Below, in pieces: positions 56,668 to 64,000 of a DNA stretch of 64,000 bases (within the stretch, counting starts at the first letter, position 1; each line of letters starts with the position of its first letter). The notes below the pieces were generated by a model that saw only the letters and a program-made list of their open reading frames with translations, was not told where the DNA came from and made no database searches. Origin of the DNA: Macrostomum lignano (lineage: Eukaryota); the NCBI GenBank assembly GCA_002269645.1, contig NIVC01001024.1, positions 62,001 through 126,000 on the forward strand, given 5' to 3'. Made by a program: the position numbers and the translations under genes.

Positions 56668-58149
56668 TTAATCTTCATCCAGATCCACAAACTTGCAACA
56701 CAATGCGCCTTTCTGAACCGGAATAATCCTAGCCGTCGATAAATAACCGATGATTTGCATCGAGAGTCGAAGTGACAGACTCGAATCGTTATAAAAGTCC
56801 GAAAAGCGTTGCTCTATATCACCTAAGTCAGTTAAGAATTCTGTAATTTCAAGAGAGTAGCGGACATATGACCCAATCAGCAGTCCAGTAATGCTGTAGA
56901 TTGTGAAGACTTTCTCAGAATTTGATAGAAATAGAAACTGATCGCGCACGGTCATTTCAGTTGATTGATTCAGCGCCTGACTGCAAGTTTCCGGAACTGT
57001 AATCTTGCTCTGTACTTGACCTGTCTCTTTGGAAAGAACAAAAAATCAAAAAAATTTCATCATCTCTGATTTCAACAAGAACAAACAGCTTGTCGCGGTC
57101 ACCAGCGAGAAAAAATATCTCTACGATGTTGTTTTGAATGTCAGAGGCCACTTGACTCCACTCAGGTCACACACTGTAATCGCGCCAGGTTGAGCGATGT
57201 ACAACAGCTGTCGACGGTTGTCGCAGTGAAGGTCTCGGATCGGCTGATCGGCCTCCCAGCAGCAGCTTAATGGCTCTGAAATCAGTTTTGGTGCTGTCGA
57301 CGCTAGAAATATTTCCGAATCGCCAGCGGGATCGCCTTCATCCGATTCGCTGAGTGGGGAATCGTGACGCTTAACAGCTACAAAGACGGCCGCAGTGGGC
57401 AGCTGAGCAGCGCTCTGGTTGCAGTCTCGAATGATGATTCCTTCGCTGTTGAGACCGAAGCCGCTAGTGTTGCTACAGACTGTCTCGCACTGCAGTTGCC
57501 CATTCAGTTCAACAGTTTCAACAGTTTTTGACACTTTCAGACTTTTAAAAAGTTGAGTCTGATCAGTATTCTCAACGAGAAGGCAGGAGATGCCTAGCTG
57601 CATTTCAGCGCAGGCTTTCAAATTTTTGATAGGTGAAAGCAAATCAGGAAATGGTACCATGGTTATCTCATCGTCCTCGCTTTTAAATCCGACCAGCTTT
57701 GAGTCCAGCTGAATGTTGTCAAGAGACCTCTGCGTGCCGTCAGTAATTGCAAAGACTTGTTTCAGGTCAATTGCTGCTTTTGCTTGCTCGAGGTCTCGCT
57801 CAAAGTCCTCAAGACCTGAGAGAACTCCCAGGGACGTCACCAGATCGTCATTGTGCCTGGTGATGGCAGCGGTGAGGTCAGCTTGGCACTTGTCTAAAGT
57901 GTCTCTCAGCTCGTTGAAAGTGTCATCAAGCAGTTGCAAGTCAGCTACCAGTCGTTGTTGCATCAATCTCATAGGCGCTTGAAGTTTCTTAAAGCGCGAT
58001 ATTGTTTCCATGACAACTGTCTCAGACTCTTGGATTTTTAGTCGATCGTCCTCGATGTGCTTTGAGCAGAGCTTCAGGCAGGTGATTGGTGACTCAAACT
58101 CGGCTGGACGCTTGCATAGTCTCACATTGCACAATATTTGCGCCTCCAT
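56668..58149 (-). pseudogene. Paralog 4, divergent, two frameshifts (~57150, ~56956)
   Basis: CNVRLCKRPAEFESPITCLKLCSKH, MRLMQQRLVADLQLLDDTF, CWEADQPIRDLHCDNRRQLLYIAQ, GDRDKLFV, MTVRDQFLFLS. Confidence 0.85.
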
Positions 58150-59339
58150 TTGGCCCTTATTAACTTGAAATCTAACCTGCTCCTGTTTGTGTTCGGTCTA
58201 CTTTATATCTGTTTAGTTTCGGACTCTGTACAATTAAAATATCGATTTTACAAAACCAGGTTTTTCGAAAGAAATCTTTCTCACACCGAACCAGTTGCAA
58301 ACCAGTGACAGCTAAACTACATGTAGCGAATATCAAAGGCTTCAAGTTTTTTTATTTTTACTTTAATTAAAACGCATTCTACCCCACGGACTATAAAGAA
58401 TGGCGAAAGTGCACGGGTTGGGCGGGCGCGATAAAATTCCAATTACTGCATGACGCCGTAATTTAGCTTTTGCGACAGTTCAGTGCATATAAACTGCAGT
58501 CAAGTGCAGAGAGCCAGCTGTATTCTCTCTTAAATCAAGGTACATATTAACCTTTGCACAGTTTTAAATCAAATGATAGCACTTAAACTGGAGATTAGGG
58601 GTGCTAAAAGTACGAGGTTTACTACCCAGTACCCAGTATGATATATTGGTACATTGATACATGTATAATTGGGTTTGCATATAAAATTTTTTATAAAAAA
58701 AGAATAAAAAAAACGTGTACAGAATTGCAACCAGTACATTCTAGTGTTTCGCAAGTAAAGGCTATAGTTTAACCTCTTATTTTTCCACTTCAGATGTCGC
58801 ACTGTCATCTGGGAATGAACTCTCTCGAAGGTACGACCATCCAAAAGCTCGATAAATTTGACTAAAACTCTCGGGAGCATGACGATGCTGTCGTGTCAGA
58901 TTCCATCGCTCCAGAGATAGCTAGCTGTTGTTATTCGAGTCTGCAACAATACAAAAAGAAGAACAGATTGCATTTGTAGTTACCAGGGCAAGGGCAGGTG
59001 TATTTCAAACGCGCGTCTGGCTCAAAATCGACTCTGGCTTTCCTGCGATTCACACTAATGAGATTCAACCCCAAGGCACAGAAAGTATACATGCCTGACG
59101 ATTAGAGAGTCAGGGCCGCTGTACACCTTTTGTGAACGTGTAAGTATTGGCGTGCTTACATGTGCTCAAGTGTCAAAGGCGTTGCACACAAGGATGCTCA
59201 CTATACTAATCATTGCAAGGACAGTAAATTTCGATCAGCTGACTCACGGTAGCTCAGAGGTCGTCTCATCGAAAAACTTCTTTTCCTCGTATCTGCAAAA
59301 TGAAGTATTATAGAGTTTTCACGAGCTTTCTTGCTGATG

Positions 59340-61374
59340 TCATGAAAAATCCAAATTCCTTTTTAGCAAAGTTGCTTTTATTTTTGCTAAAAACCAGTAC
59401 GAATTCATATCTCGTTTGCATGTAGAATTTTCAGTGTTTAGTAATTTCTGACCGAACCTAAGCAGCAGCTCGACAAGTTCGCTTCTTCCCTTCTCCCTGG
59501 CCGAGTCCAGAGCAGTCCGGCCCCATCCATCTCGCAAACTCCAGTCTGACCCTGCGTCCAGGAGAACCCGACAAACTGCAGCGGCGTTAGCAGCAGGAGC
59601 CTCTCTAGCCGCGATCATGAGTGGCGTAGATCCGAAGCGATCTCTGGCGTTAGGGGAGGCTCCAGCAGCCAGCAGGGCAGATGCGGCGGCAGAATTGCCG
59701 CCCTGGGCCGCATAGTGCAGACAACTGCGAGACCACATGTTCGAGCAAGTTGGATCAGACAGCCGCAGCAACTGCTGCCACAATTCTTCATCGCAGCATT
59801 TGCTGTTGAAAGCTGCCCACATGAACGCAGTTGCACCGGATTTCTCTGGTAGGTCGCAGTTGCCGCGGGTCGCCGCTTTCTGCAGGCCCAACGAGTTGCC
59901 AGCATCGGCCAAGCGTTTTAAAGCTTTTCGATTTGACTTTTCCTAAATTGAGATGGCATTTAGAGAAGCAAGAAATACTGCTCATTTTCAGCGAGACTGA
60001 GCTAGGCTAATTGACAGAAACAGGGCTATTTAATATTTCCCTCACCTGAAATGTTAGGCCGGAGATGAAGCCAGCTTTCAGTACGAGTCGTATCTCACTG
60101 CAATCAAAAACATTAATTGAGTCAATAAAAGCTGATTCTCTTTATACATTAATATATTAATACAACCGTCTACATTTGAGAACGCTCATTACATCTGGTG
60201 GTCTCATTCATGTAAATGTTAGAAGTTACTTGTGAATAGTGACAAACGAATTAAGTTATTAAGCTATGAACGCTATACGTGATTACGTTTTTTGGCTGAT
60301 TTGTGAATCTAGCGACATGTTACAAACTTAGGATGTCTATGGCTTAGGATGACCTTTTTAGGATGTCAATGGCTTAGGATGAATTTTTTAGGGTGCCTGT
60401 GGCTTAGAATGACTTTTTTTAGAATGTCTATTGCTTAGCATGACTTTTTTAGGATGTCTATGGCTTAAAATGACTTTTTAGGATGCCTATTGCTTAGGAT
60501 GTCTATGGCTTAGGATGTCTATGGATTATAATGAATTTTTAGGATGTCTATGGCTTAGGATGACTCAGGATGTCTATGGCTTAGGTTGACTTAGAATATA
60601 TATATAGCTTAAGTTAACTTAGGATTTCTATGGCTTAGGATGACTCCCCGATCCAACGCGTAGTTGGATTAAATTTCCAACGCTATCTGATCGACCTCCA
60701 TCCACGGACTACTTAAGTAGACGACAATTAAGTAGTCCGTGCCTCCATCAGGACCATGGATAGCTCTGACAGGTGCTCAATGAAACACCCCTAGATGGTA
60801 TCGAAAATCTTTCTCACCGATTAATGTCTCTAGCCAGCTCTGAGTGGCCGTTAAATCTTGCCAGGTCCATAGCCGTCTGACCGCGTCGATCCTTCATTTC
60901 GAGCAGTTGCAATCTTTTCGAGTTGCCAAATTTTTCGAACTCATTAAAAATTGGTTGCCACAGAAGGTGCAGCAGGTGCTTGGCGCATCTCCAGCTGCCA
61001 GTCCGCGCCGCCTCCATCAGCGGAGTGGCGCCGGAGTGGTTCGGCAGCCACTTCGCATTGAACGGCAGCAGCGTCAGCAGCCGCAGGTGGTCCCTCCTTG
61101 AAGCCAGGTGAGCAGCCGTGTCGCCCGCATCGTCAGAAGCAAGAGGATCTGCACCCAGCTCAAATAAGTACATGATGCACTTTTCAGTCATTACGGGCGT
61201 ATCAGGAGCATCGGCCACCAGCATGAGGACGGTCTGGTGAGCAGCATCAGTTGCCGTCGCCAGCTGATGCGTAGCCAAACGCCGTACCTCGCCGAAGTTG
61301 GCATGGCAGATCAGGTGAGCAAGTGTCTGCATTGCAGTTCTGTCATTGGCAATGCTCGGATTACTGGTAGCCAT
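59340..61374 (-). CDS. Ankyrin-repeat protein, about 403 aa; exons 61374-60818, 60097-60046, 59942-59340
   Basis: GDTAAHLA, GATPLMEAA, RSCLHYAA, GSTPLMIAA, GRTALDSA; a 52-nt middle exon (ttgcag|...CAG|gtgagg) reconciles phases 2 and 0. Confidence 0.8.
60328..60645. repeat. Degenerate ~29-bp tandem repeat taggatgtctatggcttaggatgactttt
   Basis: Direct reading; in ankyrin intron 1. Confidence 0.9.
60703..60741. mobile_element. 39-bp inverted-repeat insertion with 8-bp TSD
   Basis: CCTCCATC [CACGGACTACTTAA gtagacgacaa TTAAGTAGTCCGTG] CCTCCATC. Confidence 0.75.
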
Positions 61375-62313
61375 GTGTGTTTGTTAGAGAGATACAGAGC
61401 ACAGCTTGGACTGAGAGAGGCTCTATGTGAGAACAGAGCTAGACCTATTGTACCTGGAGCTGGCTCCGAGACAGATCACTTATATTCGCGTACTCTGAAC
61501 TACACTACTGTACGGCAATGAAGGGATGAATTTTCCAACTGCAGTACAATAAAACTGAGCTCAGAACAGAGTGCTGCCCAACTATGTTTGTACTTAGAAG
61601 TACATCTCAACCGCAACTCTATCCTGTGCTCATGAATGCTCTCCAAGTAGCCCCTATGAATGTACAGCCTCTTTCACAGTTTAGTGGAAGACGCTGCATC
61701 TGAAGAAATCTTGAGCTGAGCACGTTCTGAGGCGAGAGTTAACAGTCTATACCAACAAGAACACCCCAAAGAATCCGTAGACAGCAAACGCAGTTTTCTA
61801 AGAAGCGAGATTTTATTTAAAATCTGTTTAAAACGAGGCTCAAAAGTAAACCAATTAAACTGAAAATAATTTTTTCTAAAAGAAGGAGTATCCAGTTTAA
61901 ACAAATAACTCTAGTTATAAATTTAGATCATACGCTTCGTAAAATAGAAAGTTATAATAGGGAATAATCAAGATGTCTTCAGATGAGGCGTCTTCCATTT
62001 AAAGTACACAAAATACGAGTACATGCCATAGAAATTGATTATAAAAATTTATTCTTATCTATAACGGATCTATCAGTTTCGAAGAGCGTTAAATGAGAGA
62101 TAAAAACAGCATCTACGTGGGGAGTTGTTAAATTGTCTTTAATGTGCAGCAGGGAGCAGGATAAATATTGAATTTGATCAGCCAGAAGCATTGGTAGAAA
62201 AAAATGGAATTTAAGCAGTTCTGAAGTTTGCTTAAAATTTTGTTTATTCGATTTTTCGAGGATTTATCGAAATAAAGTAGTAAACTTTTCACTGCTTGTA
62301 CAGGTAAAAAACT

Positions 62314-63882
62314 TCACTTCACTCGAAGAGTGTAGCATTGCGGACCACGGGCGCCACCCGAACTAAAGAACACTTTCCGATGCTTGCTACTCTCTGCCAG
62401 CACAAGCCGCAAGTTCTTCATTGAGGTCTCCCAGTCAGCAGCTTGGAGATGTTGGACAAGCGGAGCCTCGCCAAAAATTGGAATCCGCAATCCCCACGTG
62501 AATTCGCCAAACGATGCCAAAGAAAGTATTGCGGAATCGTTTTCCCTCAAATTAGACGTGTCACAGCCATATGCACAGTGCCGGTCTTCGGACTGCTCCT
62601 CGATGAGCATCTCCGTAATGATGCACACCTTGTAAAGTTTGGAGTCATGATAGACCATCAGCATAAAGTCGTGAACATTAATTAGCGATGACTGGGTCAA
62701 ATTATCCAGGAAATCAAGCTGCAGCTGACTTTGCTCTTCTCCAGAGTCCTTGGAAATGGCGAACACCGATGCGGATTCTACCGCCACAAACAGCTTGTCC
62801 GAGTTCCCAGTTAAACAGCAAATTTTAGGGTAGTTCACTGTCCAAAGCGCGACTCCGCATAGGTCTGTAGCAGTTACTGAATTTCTCTGAGCTACAAATA
62901 GCAGTTGTCGACGACTATCCCATTGAATATCGACGATTGAAGAATCGCTAATGAGTGATAGTGAGGATTGGCCAAAAAGCTCGTTATCGGCTGAGATCAA
63001 TACTGCGTCAAACCATGCGCGATATTCGCTTTCATCTAAAGCTTCAGATAGAAAAGTTATGTCAACTCTAGTGGTATTAATATCAACGAAAATGACCGTC
63101 GGTTCAGGCAGCTCACGGACCCCATCGATTGCCTGACCTCTGACAATTCTGCCAGACTTATCAAGTGCATAGCCTATGGTATTGTCGCACACCACCACTT
63201 TAACTGCATTGCTGCCAGCATCAAAACAGCTGTCGATTGTCAGCTCTGGTAGCGGCAGATTGTCGCTTGACTCAGTTGAGTTCGCTGCGCTAGAAACGTC
63301 AAGGTTATCCAGAATCTGCAGCGTGATTTCTTGTTGAATTTCGATGGCATTTGCAATGCTTTTTATCTGAGCGTTCACGTCCGGGTAGGCAACCATCCGT
63401 ACTTGTTCCGCTGATTCGTCCCAGTGAATCAACTTTGAGTCCAGCTCGATAGTTTCCAAGCATCTTTCGATATCGTTGCTGATTAGAAAGGCTTGCCTCA
63501 TGTCTTTCGATTCCTTGGCCTTGGAAAGGTCATTTTTTAATTCTTCCATCTCGGAGAAAGCCGTCATAGAATTTAAAATGTTCTCATGATGCTTAGTAAT
63601 CTTATCGGTAAGCTCCTTTTGACACTTGTCGAGTGCCTCGCGGAGGTCTTCAAAATTATCTTGAAGAAGTTCCAAGTCAAAAGAGAGCCTCTGCTGCAAC
63701 TTTTGCACTGCTGGCTTAAATCGATTTAATTCTTCGATTTTTTGCCTTACGGAAGCTTCATATTTTTCATACCGTTGAACATCCACCTTAAGGTGCTGAC
63801 TGCATAGAGGCTGGCATGTGCTGGGGGACGGACCCTCCGCTGGTTGCTGGCACATCCGAACGGAACAGTTTGTAGCTTCCAT
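62314..63882 (-). CDS. Paralog 5, intact, 522 aa, most divergent
   Basis: CSVRMCQQPAEGPSPSTCQPLCSQH, LQQRLSFDLELLQDNFEDLREALDKCQ, WDSRRQLLFVAQ, GNSDKLFV. Confidence 0.85.
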   Translation of the reverse strand: MEATNCSVRMCQQPAEGPSPSTCQPLCSQHLKVDVQRYEKYEASVRQKIEELNRFKPAVQKLQQRLSFDLELLQDNFEDLREALDKCQKELTDKITKHHENILNSMTAFSEMEELKNDLSKAKESKDMRQAFLISNDIERCLETIELDSKLIHWDESAEQVRMVAYPDVNAQIKSIANAIEIQQEITLQILDNLDVSSAANSTESSDNLPLPELTIDSCFDAGSNAVKVVVCDNTIGYALDKSGRIVRGQAIDGVRELPEPTVIFVDINTTRVDITFLSEALDESEYRAWFDAVLISADNELFGQSSLSLISDSSIVDIQWDSRRQLLFVAQRNSVTATDLCGVALWTVNYPKICCLTGNSDKLFVAVESASVFAISKDSGEEQSQLQLDFLDNLTQSSLINVHDFMLMVYHDSKLYKVCIITEMLIEEQSEDRHCAYGCDTSNLRENDSAILSLASFGEFTWGLRIPIFGEAPLVQHLQAADWETSMKNLRLVLAESSKHRKVFFSSGGARGPQCYTLRVK

Positions 63883-64000
63883 TGAATATCGAATTGAATA
63901 GACAATTAAAGAAAGAGAACTACGGAATAAAAAATAATTTGTTTATTTTCGTTTTCTTTTTCCGTTGCCGGCCCGTTTCCGTTCTTTCCTAGGTTTACGT

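Overview
Repeat-rich eukaryotic (invertebrate animal) DNA with GT-AG introns and no prokaryotic features. The style recalls a free-living flatworm such as Macrostomum, but the species cannot be established from the sequence. All alignments, counts and splice models below were done by eye. Layout: (1) 1-17 kb: a Ty3/gypsy remnant, a PAN+C-type-lectin gene with one nonsense codon, and a triple nest in which a BEL/Pao LTR element and a full-length RNaseH-bearing LINE both sit inside an older copy of the same LINE. (2) 18-29 kb and 56-64 kb: five intronless paralogs of an unnamed Cys/His-motif + coiled-coil + beta-rich (TRIM-NHL-like) family, three of them frameshifted and one with a 220-aa Q-rich repeat tail, plus a decayed THAP/P transposase and a 3-exon ankyrin gene. 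(3) 30-38 kb: spliced WDR83 and myotubularin genes with satellite-filled introns and a tRNA-derived SINE. (4) 38.7-53.6 kb: a full-length gypsy element inserted in the 3' LTR of an older relative. The main leads are an unknown non-env accessory ORF and a hairpin-repeat array conserved in both gypsy copies, near-complete CpG erasure of the old copy with ongoing CpG decay in the young LTRs, and the diversifying paralog family.
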